Source of the DNA: a virus
Lineage: Duplodnaviria > Caudoviricetes
DNA length: 64,000 bases
Direction: 5' to 3' (one strand)
Virus record (IMG/VR): IMGVR_UViG_3300034019_000517
Span: 2,056 to 66,055 of that record
The number at the start of each line of letters is the position of its first letter. Position 1 is the stretch's first letter. A model generated the notes under the pieces. The model saw only the letters and a program-made list of their open reading frames with translations. It had not been told where the DNA came from and did no database searches. Positions 42,093 through 52,609 of the stretch are shown piece after piece. The position numbers were made by a program, and so were the translations under genes.

Positions 42093-44252
42093 TTAAATGG
42101 TTGAGGCTGAACCACCTTGGTTCTTGTTGTTATATCCTGCTTTTAATAACATTTGTAACATTGGGTTATATGAACCATATAGTTGATATAACATGTCCAT
42201 AGTCATATTTTGACCTTGTTGATGTTGATAGTTTTCAGCTGCTTGAGTTAAACCTGTTCCTATTATACCACTTTGAACAGCGTCAGTTCTTAATATGTTA
42301 TCTTGAGCATATCTGTTTTCAGCACGATCTTGTTCTCCCATTTGGTTTAACATTCCTGCAGCACTCATACGTACACTAGCTCTATGACGTGCATCTTGTT
42401 CATATAAACCTTGTAAAGAACTATCATAGTTATTTTGTAACGCAGCTAACCTATTTACTGTACCACCGCGATTGCCTGGCATATTACTTAACGCGTTTAA
42501 CATACGTGCACGATTTTCTTTTAAACCGGCTAGTTGTGGGGATAGGTTATAGTCTAATGCTTTAGACATCTGTTCTTTAGCTAATGCATTTTGTTGATTA
42601 GGCATTGCATCATAATAGTCTTTTTTACCAAAGGCACCTACACCATTTAATACATTGAATGCAGCACCGACATAAGGCATTGCACCGCCTATACCACCAC
42701 CAATTTTTGGAGCATTTGCATTGTTACCCATTCCTGCAGAAGCTAAACCACTTAGTAAAGTCCCAGTATCTCTTTTAGACCCAGGAGTTGTTAGTGGTGC
42801 AGTAGTTTTAAATTCAGGAAGTGCAGATTTAGTTGTATTTCCAGATAATAAAGGACCTTGTCCTAACATATTATCATTCATAATAAGTCCAGGTTCTTCA
42901 TTAAAATTATAATAGTTACTTGGACCATAACCATCTGCGTATGGAGGATCTCCGGGTAAAGTGCCACCACGAATATAGTTAGGTAAACCTCCACCATAAT
43001 GAGTTGCAGAACCAAATCTATTTTTACCTATTGCAATTTCATCTCCATTTGGTAGATAACCACCATAACGTTTTTGAAATCTATTTACAGCTTTAGCTAG
43101 TTTTTCTTGTTTTACAAGTTCTTGTTCTTGGAACAGCTTATCTAACATCATACTGTTAGTCTTTTTTGTTATACTATCTGCTCCTTTATGGTCTTTAAAT
43201 TTCAAAGATTCTTTATAGAACGTTTTTCCAGTTTTAGGATTTTTTACATTATCACTAAATACACGAGCAGTTTGTTGAGATCCTTGTCCAGTAGACATTA
43301 AACCTGTTTCTTCACCTTCTACTTCAGCTGAAGCATTCAGAGGATGTGTTGGACTACCTTGTGCATTAACTGGAATTCCACCTTCTTCGTGAGAGGGTCC
43401 TTGATAGTTTATAAGACCGCCCATTTGTAGTTGTGGAAGGGCTCCACCATATTTGAATTGCATTTGCGGATTTATTTCATCTTGTAAAGGTACAGAATTT
43501 AGTGAAGCAGGCTGCATTGCTTGTTTAGGGTTTTTATTTAACAACGTTGCTCCCATACTAATAGCAGCACCTGCGGCAGCACCCCAAGGACCAAAAGCAG
43601 CACCTGCGCCTCCACCTCCTATACCTGCTTGTAATAAGTCTCCACCTAATGAAAAAATAGGTAATTGACCTCCGTATTTAAAATTAGGAGCTTTTACTTT
43701 TTGTGATTCTGGATAATCCCTATTAATATGCTGCGCTCCAAATATAGGATCATATGTTCCTTCTATTTTACCAAGTCCATTCATAAATAATAGTGTATTA
43801 TTTTGAACATTTTTAGGTATATCTGGAGTTCCTATCTTAGCTTTTTTTGAAATTAATTTAGCTGGAGCTTTTGGACGTGGTGCACCATATTTAATAGGTT
43901 GAGTGGGTTCTGTATATATAGGAATTCCTAAATCATCATAAGGAGATTTGTTGGGGTTGCCATAAATAGCTTCTGGAATAGCTAATTGATTTGTTTTAGG
44001 ATTTCGATAATAATAGGTATCGTTTGGTATTGTAGATGCAACATCAAACTTTTGCATAAACACCTCATGTGAAGGCAATAGACGCTGATGCCCTAGTGTT
44101 GTAAGAAAATCTTTACCATATACATTTTGAGCATGAGGTAATGTATTATTAAAATAATGATTATACGCAGCTAAACTATCATTATATGCAATAAGTCTTG
44201 GATCATTTTTATCCGTAACGTATATAGGTTTTTTTGGTTTTGGGTTTGCCAT
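42093..44252 (-). CDS. Putative virion cargo protein with Gly-rich membrane-inserting segment
   Basis: GPSHEEGGIP...AEVEGEE motif, Gly/Ala hydrophobic hairpin GIGGGGAGAAFGPWGAAAGAAISMGATLL, repeated xYGG/xxGG motifs; lies between muzzle and RNAP genes. Confidence 0.65.
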   Translation of the reverse strand: MANPKPKKPIYVTDKNDPRLIAYNDSLAAYNHYFNNTLPHAQNVYGKDFLTTLGHQRLLPSHEVFMQKFDVASTIPNDTYYYRNPKTNQLAIPEAIYGNPNKSPYDDLGIPIYTEPTQPIKYGAPRPKAPAKLISKKAKIGTPDIPKNVQNNTLLFMNGLGKIEGTYDPIFGAQHINRDYPESQKVKAPNFKYGGQLPIFSLGGDLLQAGIGGGGAGAAFGPWGAAAGAAISMGATLLNKNPKQAMQPASLNSVPLQDEINPQMQFKYGGALPQLQMGGLINYQGPSHEEGGIPVNAQGSPTHPLNASAEVEGEETGLMSTGQGSQQTARVFSDNVKNPKTGKTFYKESLKFKDHKGADSITKKTNSMMLDKLFQEQELVKQEKLAKAVNRFQKRYGGYLPNGDEIAIGKNRFGSATHYGGGLPNYIRGGTLPGDPPYADGYGPSNYYNFNEEPGLIMNDNMLGQGPLLSGNTTKSALPEFKTTAPLTTPGSKRDTGTLLSGLASAGMGNNANAPKIGGGIGGAMPYVGAAFNVLNGVGAFGKKDYYDAMPNQQNALAKEQMSKALDYNLSPQLAGLKENRARMLNALSNMPGNRGGTVNRLAALQNNYDSSLQGLYEQDARHRASVRMSAAGMLNQMGEQDRAENRYAQDNILRTDAVQSGIIGTGLTQAAENYQHQQGQNMTMDMLYQLYGSYNPMLQMLLKAGYNNKNQGGSASTI

Positions 44253-47200
44253 TATCTTTCAGATATTCTAAACAACACTTTCATATAATGAAGTAGTTGT
44301 TTTATGTTAGTATCATTGCTCCAAGTTAACTTAACAAAGAGATGCTTGTCTCGCATTCTATCTTTAAATGTAGTTGTAGAATCTACATCTACAAAAATAT
44401 CAGGGTTTGTTACAGTTGGATCAACTATATTTCTAGGAATAGCACATTGCCATTCTCTTTCAACTTGTTTAATGTTGGTACCTTGAACTAAAGTTATCTC
44501 TCCAGAGTTTTGATAATTATTCCATACTTGCAATGTAGCAAATTCTCCTGGAAGATATTGTTGACCTGCAGAGTTAATTCCATGAAACTCAAAAGCTAAG
44601 TTATCAAATACTTTAGTTTTTAATGGACTATGATTAACAATACTAGTTACATAACTATCATAACTTGTTCCATATAAAACTCCGCGTTCTCCTTCGTAGT
44701 GAGAGTATATATCTAAGGCATTGTTATTAAAGTTAGCACTAAATAACACTGCAGTATTATTCATATACCCAGTAGGTGTAATACTATCGAATGAAATAAA
44801 AGCATCCGCCATTTCATCATAGACTAACGTAGTAGTAAGTCCAGGAGTCAAAACATTGAATAGTACTTCACTGTTTTTATTGTACGACATTGATACTACT
44901 CCGTGTGATAGCAATGGGTTATCATTTGTGTATAGACTATCTGGTAGTTGTAAGAACCAGTCACTAAGGCCCTGGGTATCAGAAATGATTAGGATCCCAG
45001 ATCCGTTAGTTCTACAGAAATTCTTATTTAGGATATCTAACCAGTAAATTCCACTATGTCCAGTTACTACTGACCATTGATGCAAAGTCCCACTAGTTGT
45101 ACTTAAATAACCAAAGGAATCTAAAATTCCCCCAGAGCCTAAATTCACAGGACCAACGGATGAAGATACTGCAGCTGTAGGATTTACACTAATAAGACCT
45201 ATTGAACGATCTTGTAAAAAGAATACTTTATCGTTATGAGTAATAAGTTTATTAATAGGTCCCCAATGTCCGTCTACGTCTAAATAGTTTTCAGATTTAA
45301 ACAAGGTCCAAGAATCTTTGAGTTCGCCATTTACTTTAACTTCTGATGCAAGTATTCGATTATCAAATACTGTAGGGAATGTGTAATCTAAGAAATTAGA
45401 AAAGTACCTAGGATGTTTTACAAATACATGTGTAGAAGGATTTAAGTTAATACTAAATGGATTAACTACACCGTTAATAGGATTAGCTGTATTTGTACCC
45501 AAGGCAGTTAAAGTAGCGTATCGATTAACATTTCGTACGTCTAAATTATAACGAGTTTCTAATGGAACTAATTGTGCACCCATTAGTGCTTGGTTAGCTG
45601 AAGATAAATCAAATACTCGTCCACTGATAGTTTTAACTTGATCATACACACAAATAAACATATCTCCGCCGAATACTTCCGCTTCATACGTATTTGTATT
45701 ATCATCCACTACAGAATAATGTCCGGTTGATATATACACATTAGACGCACGTGCTCCAACTGTGTTTCCGTTATACTGCTGGGATAAACGTCTTGTAACG
45801 TTTACTACTAGTTTTCTAGTTAAACTTAAAGACTCATCTGTAGTCCAACCAGTATTTGCGTTATCAAACTCTACATCATTTAACACACTATGATCAGCAT
45901 CTAAAAATAAGTTAGGATCAAATACGTGTGAGTTATGTGTATAAACTGAATTTTGGTTAGTTTGAGTTTTTACATATAACGTAGTACTGCCAAATCCACG
46001 ATTACTTGGAGAGACATGTTTATAGTTTATAGATGTACCTAAAAATAAATCATAATCAGGATTAGTATAGTTAGATTGTAGTTTTTGGTATTTTTCTATC
46101 GTTGTAGTTTGTCCAACAATACTACTTGAGTCATTGAAATCTTCGTAATAAGTAGGCGTACGATAGTACTTATGTTGCCACCCATGGTCTTCTGATAATG
46201 TTCCAGATGAAAATAACGAACTTGCTCCAGTGTCTTTATCATACATCACACGTCCTGGGCTAACTGCATATAATGGGGTAATTTGTAATCCTTCAAAATT
46301 TACTGTTAATCCCGAAGCTATATAGTCTGGTAAATCAAGTGATTTAATACGTGGGTGTATAACACGTTTAAATGAAGCTATTCTATCATACTGGCGCCAT
46401 CCATCATCTACGTCAGAATCGTTTCCTATATCACTCATTAGCCCTTGGAATAACACAGTAGAATTAGCAAAGTCGCGTTCTACTCTAACTATTGAGTATC
46501 CACTAATAAAAGGTTTTATACTATCAGGTATATTGATAGTAAATTTTATTCCTAATGCTTGTACTATACGCTGTGTAGTGCCATCATTATCAGGATGGAA
46601 TACTGGAACATCATAATGATCTGGAAATCGTATATCAGCAATCCATTTAACTGGATAAGGTCGTCCTATTGTATCATAAAATAAAAGACCAAAACGATAT
46701 ACTTCACCTCTCATATAACTTTTAAGTAAAGCATCGATATAAGGATTCTTATAAGATCTCCATAGATCTTGAGTACTATACGTAGTTCCGTTTAGTTCGA
46801 TAAAATCTAAATCTTTATTCGAAGTAACTACTGAGGCTAAATTAGTTAATTCTGTGGCTCCATTAGCATCCACTTGAATTTCTCTGGTTATAAACTCAAA
46901 AGACACATTAGGTCCTGTGCCTCCAAGAACTCCGTTTATATTAAACTTATGTTGTTGAGCACTGTTAGTAGCTCTTGTTAAAACGTCGTTATATGGGTTA
47001 ATTTTATCTGCAGTGAGTTCATACCCGTTTGTTGATCCATCTTGTCTATATCTATAACAATGAGCATCATAATCTAAGTCTTCTAGTTTATCAAATACAT
47101 TTCCTACTAGTAAACGATTATCTTTAATAGTTATAGTTTTAGCATGGAGTAGCATGCTTTTAAATTCTAAGAATTCTTCCAGGCTGTATTCAAAAGCTAA

Positions 47201-48352
47201 ATCAGAGTTACTACCGTATGTATATGTAAAAAATGAATTTCCATTTAGTACTTCAGTTACTACGCTGGTTATAGTCGGAGAATCAGTGACTACTGAATAC
47301 TTAACTACAACAACTTCTATTTGATCATAATCAGTTTCTGGGAGATTGATGAGAATTGAAATGCTTTTAGTAGTAGTTTGATTTAAAGTACCAGAACTAT
47401 ATGACTCCCAATCATTATCTAAGCTACTAGTATAAATAGGAACTGCAATACTTAAGGGTGCAAATTCTGTACTGGCGCCGTTTAGTTTTTTAAGACGATA
47501 AGTTACTGCATAACGACCGGCCGTTAAAGTACCACCAGTGTTTAAAATAGATGTAATTTCTGCAGGAACTAATGTTATAGATGGTTGAATATTTAGTGTA
47601 TCTGTAAACGTAGTAGTTGATTTAATATTCAACGTACGTAAAGGATTGTTATTATCTGTGAAATAAATCTTTTGAATATCTGCAGTTTCGTATCTACCTA
47701 ATATTTCTACTACGGGTTTAGACAATGTAATAGATATATCAGAATGTCGCAGTAAGTTCAAAGTTGGGGTCCCATTAGGTAAATAGTCTAAGGTCCAAAT
47801 CTGAGTTGTTCCAGAAGTTTCGTGTTGAGTAAATACAACAAGTGTATTTCGTATTAAACCTGAATTCATGTACACAGGGCCCTCGGTAAGAGAAGGGGCA
47901 TATTCAGTTATTGAAAAGCCTGCATCAATTACAAGAGTAATTACATGCGAATTTATATCATTAACAAATAGAATTACATCGTTTTCGGATGCCTGTGTAC
48001 TAATTCCAGGAACCAGGTTACTTATATATGTTGCAAGTCCTTTATAAAACTCATCTCTATCAGTGGCTGGGTTTACATAAGTTCCAGAAAATGGAACTCC
48101 GTCTAGTGTAATAGTGATGTTAGAAATTGCTGGCAATAGAGTAGGGCTTAATAGCGTCGCTTTTATGACGTTACTAACCCCTGTGATACTTGCAAGTAAC
48201 TTAGTACCTTGGATGTTTGTTAAAGCACCAAACGCAAGTCCTGTTTGGTCTAACAGTCTTACGTTTTGCGCATCGTAGTAAGTTTCGTCATTTACAGAAG
48301 AGGTCCGTAAATTTCTATTTAGTCCTTTTAAAAAGGTTTTGAGTAATTCCAT
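44252..48352 (-). CDS. Tail stabilisation/muzzle protein
   Basis: 1,366 aa, beta-rich; YYDAQNVR N-terminus, KSYMRGEVYRFG, FDNRILASEVK.NGE..DSW, KTKVFDN, RMRDK C-terminus recalled from crAss-like stabilisation proteins; synteny. Confidence 0.8.
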   Translation of the reverse strand: MELLKTFLKGLNRNLRTSSVNDETYYDAQNVRLLDQTGLAFGALTNIQGTKLLASITGVSNVIKATLLSPTLLPAISNITITLDGVPFSGTYVNPATDRDEFYKGLATYISNLVPGISTQASENDVILFVNDINSHVITLVIDAGFSITEYAPSLTEGPVYMNSGLIRNTLVVFTQHETSGTTQIWTLDYLPNGTPTLNLLRHSDISITLSKPVVEILGRYETADIQKIYFTDNNNPLRTLNIKSTTTFTDTLNIQPSITLVPAEITSILNTGGTLTAGRYAVTYRLKKLNGASTEFAPLSIAVPIYTSSLDNDWESYSSGTLNQTTTKSISILINLPETDYDQIEVVVVKYSVVTDSPTITSVVTEVLNGNSFFTYTYGSNSDLAFEYSLEEFLEFKSMLLHAKTITIKDNRLLVGNVFDKLEDLDYDAHCYRYRQDGSTNGYELTADKINPYNDVLTRATNSAQQHKFNINGVLGGTGPNVSFEFITREIQVDANGATELTNLASVVTSNKDLDFIELNGTTYSTQDLWRSYKNPYIDALLKSYMRGEVYRFGLLFYDTIGRPYPVKWIADIRFPDHYDVPVFHPDNDGTTQRIVQALGIKFTINIPDSIKPFISGYSIVRVERDFANSTVLFQGLMSDIGNDSDVDDGWRQYDRIASFKRVIHPRIKSLDLPDYIASGLTVNFEGLQITPLYAVSPGRVMYDKDTGASSLFSSGTLSEDHGWQHKYYRTPTYYEDFNDSSSIVGQTTTIEKYQKLQSNYTNPDYDLFLGTSINYKHVSPSNRGFGSTTLYVKTQTNQNSVYTHNSHVFDPNLFLDADHSVLNDVEFDNANTGWTTDESLSLTRKLVVNVTRRLSQQYNGNTVGARASNVYISTGHYSVVDDNTNTYEAEVFGGDMFICVYDQVKTISGRVFDLSSANQALMGAQLVPLETRYNLDVRNVNRYATLTALGTNTANPINGVVNPFSINLNPSTHVFVKHPRYFSNFLDYTFPTVFDNRILASEVKVNGELKDSWTLFKSENYLDVDGHWGPINKLITHNDKVFFLQDRSIGLISVNPTAAVSSSVGPVNLGSGGILDSFGYLSTTSGTLHQWSVVTGHSGIYWLDILNKNFCRTNGSGILIISDTQGLSDWFLQLPDSLYTNDNPLLSHGVVSMSYNKNSEVLFNVLTPGLTTTLVYDEMADAFISFDSITPTGYMNNTAVLFSANFNNNALDIYSHYEGERGVLYGTSYDSYVTSIVNHSPLKTKVFDNLAFEFHGINSAGQQYLPGEFATLQVWNNYQNSGEITLVQGTNIKQVEREWQCAIPRNIVDPTVTNPDIFVDVDSTTTFKDRMRDKHLFVKLTWSNDTNIKQLLHYMKVLFRISER

Positions 48353-49116
48353 TATGAAGAATTTCTAGCATTTGGAGTTATAAAACTTTCAAATGCGCTA
48401 TTGTGTGCATTTGGATTGGGCCTTAGTCGTACCCACATACGTTTAATGCTTTCCATTTTATCATAGCTAGGCATTTGAGCCATACCACGTGCACGTCTTG
48501 AAAACTGTTCCCATTGAGATTCTGAATCTCTATAAAACTGTTCAGGTGCGCGTTGTGATCTCCACTCAATTCTATCTAGCATCATTTGAACGTATGCAGT
48601 TAAAGCCTGGAGATATTCAGTTCTATTAGGTATCATAGGATATCCTTCTTTATCAACACGTACTTTAGAGTAGCTTATAGTCAATTCTCCAGAGGGTAAA
48701 TTAGTATGTAAGTACCCGTTACTAACAATATAGCTATACGGAAAAGCTGAACTATTTACTCCTGTTCCTATCATAGGAAAGGTGTCGTCAGTTACTTCTT
48801 CATTTAAAACAGTATTAGTATCTGATTCTGTTTGAGCATTGTAAGAGGGCCCATGGGTCCCAGTAGAATACAACAACGGAATGTCATTATACTTAATCCC
48901 ATTAATGTATCTAAAGTCACATGGAAGTTTTGCTTTATGATTTTCTACAGTTAGAACTTCATTATACACTTGTTCTAATGATGCGCCGGCACCAATTAGG
49001 TCCATGGCTTCGGCAATCCATTCAATAACATCCCATACAGGAAGTTCTTTTTTGTGCGGATAATCTCTGTAGAGCTTTTCAACTATGTAAAAAGAAGATA
49101 TGAAGTCGTATATCAT
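48352..49116 (-). CDS. Tail ring/tubular protein
   Basis: EWIAEAM..IG, AKLPCDF, D..GYPMIP motifs; upstream of the muzzle gene. Confidence 0.7.
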   Translation of the reverse strand: MIYDFISSFYIVEKLYRDYPHKKELPVWDVIEWIAEAMDLIGAGASLEQVYNEVLTVENHKAKLPCDFRYINGIKYNDIPLLYSTGTHGPSYNAQTESDTNTVLNEEVTDDTFPMIGTGVNSSAFPYSYIVSNGYLHTNLPSGELTISYSKVRVDKEGYPMIPNRTEYLQALTAYVQMMLDRIEWRSQRAPEQFYRDSESQWEQFSRRARGMAQMPSYDKMESIKRMWVRLRPNPNAHNSAFESFITPNARNSS

Positions 49117-49589
49117 TATATAAAATAGTCAACTCGTGATGTAGGGTCTTTTAATAAAGTAGTTAAAAAGCGTGCATATTGTCGAGCAACTCTAAATCTG
49201 TATTGGCTTTTATTTTTAACAATTGCTTTGCTTTTATCCCAGTAAAAATGGTAAGCAAAGCCATTAGTATGTTGGTTTAAATGGAAAATTCGTTTTCCTT
49301 TTTGTTTAGTTAAGTGCCAGTCTACTCTAAGACTGTTTTTGTTTTTCAGTTGTATTTTACGTTTTTTAACACGTATTAAACCACAACGATGAGGTAAAGC
49401 TAACGTACCTGAGTTTTTAATAACGAACTCTTCTAATAGAAGTTCATTTAACCGGCTATTAACTTTTACGTAAGTTTGATAAGAATGTAACGTAAGATTC
49501 TTTTCCAGGATCATTTTCTTATAATCTGGATAAAAGTTTCTTAGAGTCACGGCTCCTTTAACTATACCTTTTCCTCTTCTAATTATCAT
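49116..49589 (-). CDS. IHF/HU-like basic DNA-binding protein
   Basis: Probable start ATG 49,589 (MIIRRGKG; track ORF extends to 49,622); LPHRCGLIRVKKRK and VDW..T...HT.G motif; very basic; syntenic with the crAss IHF-like gene. Confidence 0.7.
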   Translation of the reverse strand: MIIRRGKGIVKGAVTLRNFYPDYKKMILEKNLTLHSYQTYVKVNSRLNELLLEEFVIKNSGTLALPHRCGLIRVKKRKIQLKNKNSLRVDWHLTKQKGKRIFHLNQHTNGFAYHFYWDKSKAIVKNKSQYRFRVARQYARFLTTLLKDPTSRVDYFI

Positions 49590-50238
49590 TCTTTGGAGAT
49601 TGAGTAGCATTATTATGTTCATCGGTAGGCATTTGATGAACTATGTTAAACCTTTCCTTTAAGATGATATTAACGATCTCATAGGCCATTTTATTAGATA
49701 CTGGGTATTCAGCATCTGGGTCAAAACAATTAGAGGTTTCACAAAACTCATTAACAACATCTGGGTCTTCAAAAACTCCTGACACTGAAATGGTTTCCAT
49801 TAAGTGTTCATTCGTAATATACAAGTAACCATCTTGTAAAAACCAACGTCTGGCTTTAGACGTAAATCTATTAAATTGATTTGTACGTTGTCTAAATGCA
49901 GAAGATTCAGTAAAAAACACCGCGCTGTTTCCAGATCCGGCGTATACTGAAACAAGAGTATTATTGGCATTTCCTCCAATAGTATTAGGCAGCTTTACAG
50001 TAGACCTTAGAATTTTACATGTGTCTAATTGAGTAACTGTTTCAAGATTTACACATTGTAAATGTTGAATAAAAGAATCTGGAATGTCTCCAGGTTTATT
50101 AAACTTACGTTCAAGCAATAAAGCCCTCTGTTGTTTAATCCAGAGGGCAATTTGTGATTCGCTGATAGCATTATCGTCAGACGGATGTCCACCGTATGCT
50201 ACGTTTAATATATCAAAAACTATTTGATTAAGTGTCAT
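49579..50238 (-). CDS. Tail ring protein
   Basis: MTLNQIVFDI...QQRALLL...DGYLYI...GVFEDP...EYP; head-tail ring-like. Confidence 0.65.
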   Translation of the reverse strand: MTLNQIVFDILNVAYGGHPSDDNAISESQIALWIKQQRALLLERKFNKPGDIPDSFIQHLQCVNLETVTQLDTCKILRSTVKLPNTIGGNANNTLVSVYAGSGNSAVFFTESSAFRQRTNQFNRFTSKARRWFLQDGYLYITNEHLMETISVSGVFEDPDVVNEFCETSNCFDPDAEYPVSNKMAYEIVNIILKERFNIVHQMPTDEHNNATQSPKNDN

Positions 50239-51143
50239 TACAAATCCATAGGTATTACAATAGGTAACTTACCATCTAAAACAACTCCGCAAGATACGAT
50301 AAATTTTTTATTCCAATCTTGTGTATATGCCATTGCATAAGAAGTTTGATCAACTCCGCATCCAACTTGCATACCAAAGACTTTATCCATTGAAGAAGCA
50401 CTCCATTGAACATTTGCTACGGTGTGTAAATGTCCCTGTACAATATTCTTTCTAAAACTTTGGGCTTTAGCTAATGCTGCATTAGGACCAGAAGTCCCAG
50501 TACCGTGAGTATAAAGAACTCCATCTTGTTCATAATTAAGCACCCATTCCCATCCGGATGGAGCTGACCATAGTTGAGCATAAGGTTTCATAAACACAGA
50601 AGCTATCCCATGGGCTTTAGCACGTCTAAACGGCAACGCGGAATGATTTCCTACGATTACTTTTACGTTAGGAAATGTTTCATACCATTTTTTCATAGCA
50701 GCTAAAGCTTTATCAGCTTCAGTACCGGCAGACATTCCATCAGGATCAGGTGTATGAAATGAAATAGCATGATTATCTACTTCATCTCCTATATGTACAA
50801 CTGTACCGCAATCAAAACGCTCTTGTATTTCTCTACAAAACTCTCTATACCCAGGTCGACAAAACGGTTCATGAGTATCTCCTATAACTAATACGTTTTT
50901 AGGATTACCTATGTATGGTGGTATATCTTTAGGAGCTTCAAGAGATTCATCATATTTAGCTTCTCCTATAGACAAAGTTTTAAAAACAAAGCCACCGCAA
51001 GAATTGCTGTGGCCGTTTAAGTTTTTGGAAATCGCTGTCCTATCTAAATTTAATACTCTAGCTGCTTCTCTAATAGAAGGAAAGATTTGTACCGGCACAG
51101 AAGCGTTTGGGTTAAAAACCCCAATTACTTTTTGAGTGGACAT
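50238..51143 (-). CDS. NUMOD1-like HTH fused to a calcineurin-like metallophosphoesterase
   Basis: N-terminal FPSIREAARVL..DRTAISK.L.G...SCGGFVF; phosphoesterase motifs GDTH, GDEVDNH, GNH, HG, GHLH. Confidence 0.88.
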   Translation of the reverse strand: MSTQKVIGVFNPNASVPVQIFPSIREAARVLNLDRTAISKNLNGHSNSCGGFVFKTLSIGEAKYDESLEAPKDIPPYIGNPKNVLVIGDTHEPFCRPGYREFCREIQERFDCGTVVHIGDEVDNHAISFHTPDPDGMSAGTEADKALAAMKKWYETFPNVKVIVGNHSALPFRRAKAHGIASVFMKPYAQLWSAPSGWEWVLNYEQDGVLYTHGTGTSGPNAALAKAQSFRKNIVQGHLHTVANVQWSASSMDKVFGMQVGCGVDQTSYAMAYTQDWNKKFIVSCGVVLDGKLPIVIPMDL

Positions 51144-51478
51144 AGTACAAAATTTGCTGGATCAGACAACCCTAAAAATGAATTATTAGCAAGTTCAACA
51201 GGAACCTCTTTCATGAAGATTTCCCAGTTATTAATAGGAGCTACTTTATCAAGTAACCTAGTTACTGGGATTACTACTACAGGAGCATTAGCCAAAGACA
51301 CGGGGCCTTTTTCTGTAGATAGTGACAATGTTGCTAAAACTACACTTTTTACAGGATCCATGATGATACCAGTAATAGTAATCAACACAAAATCTTTAGT
51401 TGTAGGGTCTAATAGATTCGTTACCACGGCTTCTGTGGTTTTGTACTGAATCGTTGGAATGATGTTGTTAAAAAGCAT
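51125..51478 (-). CDS. Hypothetical protein
   Basis: 117-aa ORF tiling the - strand operon. Confidence 0.6.
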   Translation of the reverse strand: MLFNNIIPTIQYKTTEAVVTNLLDPTTKDFVLITITGIIMDPVKSVVLATLSLSTEKGPVSLANAPVVVIPVTRLLDKVAPINNWEIFMKEVPVELANNSFLGLSDPANFVLCPLKK

Positions 51479-51482
51479 TTGA

Positions 51483-51770
51483 TTAAATTTCAGAAGGATG
51501 GTATCCTTCAGTTTCTAAATTGGTAACAAGCTTTACATAAACGTCTGGTAATACCAATGTGGATTGAATTAAAGAAAGTATGTAAGTCCTTAAATCAATA
51601 TTTTCACAGCAATGATAAATACTCGTTAAATTAATCCAGTAAGTATTTGGATCTGAGGCTTTTACCTTAATGATTTCTACCGTATGAGTATCAGGTAGGT
51701 TTAGCAAAGATACTAAATGATTTAGTACTTCCACCAATTTCTCAGAATTTGTTGATTCTAAAATATACAT
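51483..51770 (-). CDS. Hypothetical protein, possibly a fibre chaperone
   Basis: TAATG-coupled to the upstream receptor-binding gene. Confidence 0.6.
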   Translation of the reverse strand: MYILESTNSEKLVEVLNHLVSLLNLPDTHTVEIIKVKASDPNTYWINLTSIYHCCENIDLRTYILSLIQSTLVLPDVYVKLVTNLETEGYHPSEI

Positions 51771-52609
51771 TAGTAAAGTACAAATTTAGTGTTTTGATTA
51801 TTTCGAATAAAGTCCCTGGTTGTATTAGAAGGCGCTGCATCTATCCAAATCCATTCAGCGATATGTCCTTCCCAAGGATGCGTACCTGTGTTAGTAGAAC
51901 ACCCCATTACAAAAGAACCTTCATCATTGGATGAGGCTATAGCTACTGAGGCACTATCTGTTCCGTTATCAATATCAAAGCCGGCATTGGCTCCATCCCA
52001 ATAACAATAAACCTGTTGAGCAGTATTAACTGCATAAGTTACATCTGTGGCTAAAGCTGCGGTCCAATATAATCTTGCGTTGTTTAAGTATAGATTTAAA
52101 CGGAAGTGCGCAGTCGTACTAGTTGTTGGAGAAGCTGCAATAATACCAATAGTAGTAAATGCAGTACTTATAGGTTTCATGGCAATAAATAACATAAACT
52201 GAGAACCACAAAACGCTGTAGACCCTAAAGTATCATGCCATAGGTTATCTCCTAATCCATCGAAATATACCGTTCTTGTATTAGCCAGTCCACTCCCTGT
52301 TGACAGTAAAGGTTGGTCTGCTAATGTGGTATTTGCAATATGATACGCGTTTCCACTTTGATCATACCACGTGTCTATATAACAAGCACCTCCGGCCCAA
52401 GTATCAATAGCTGCCCAGTCTACAGGAGTTCCTAATCCTGAAGTAGGGTAAAAATCTGAAGTAGCGTTATCAGAAGCTCGCCTTAATTTTACCAAAGGCC
52501 CTGAATACACAGCGTTTAGTAATCTAAAGCCGTAGCCCATTTTAGCACCAGTAATGGTATTCAAATTAATTGTAGTACCAAATTGATAAGGATTAATAAT
52601 AAAACTCAT
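51770..52609 (-). CDS. Putative receptor-binding protein with a ConA/arabinofuranosidase-B-like lectin fold
   Basis: GYGFRLL...YSGPLVKLRRASDNATSDF...WYDQSGN...FDG..D...GHIAEW pattern; N-terminal INPYQF. Confidence 0.65.
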   Translation of the reverse strand: MSFIINPYQFGTTINLNTITGAKMGYGFRLLNAVYSGPLVKLRRASDNATSDFYPTSGLGTPVDWAAIDTWAGGACYIDTWYDQSGNAYHIANTTLADQPLLSTGSGLANTRTVYFDGLGDNLWHDTLGSTAFCGSQFMLFIAMKPISTAFTTIGIIAASPTTSTTAHFRLNLYLNNARLYWTAALATDVTYAVNTAQQVYCYWDGANAGFDIDNGTDSASVAIASSNDEGSFVMGCSTNTGTHPWEGHIAEWIWIDAAPSNTTRDFIRNNQNTKFVLY

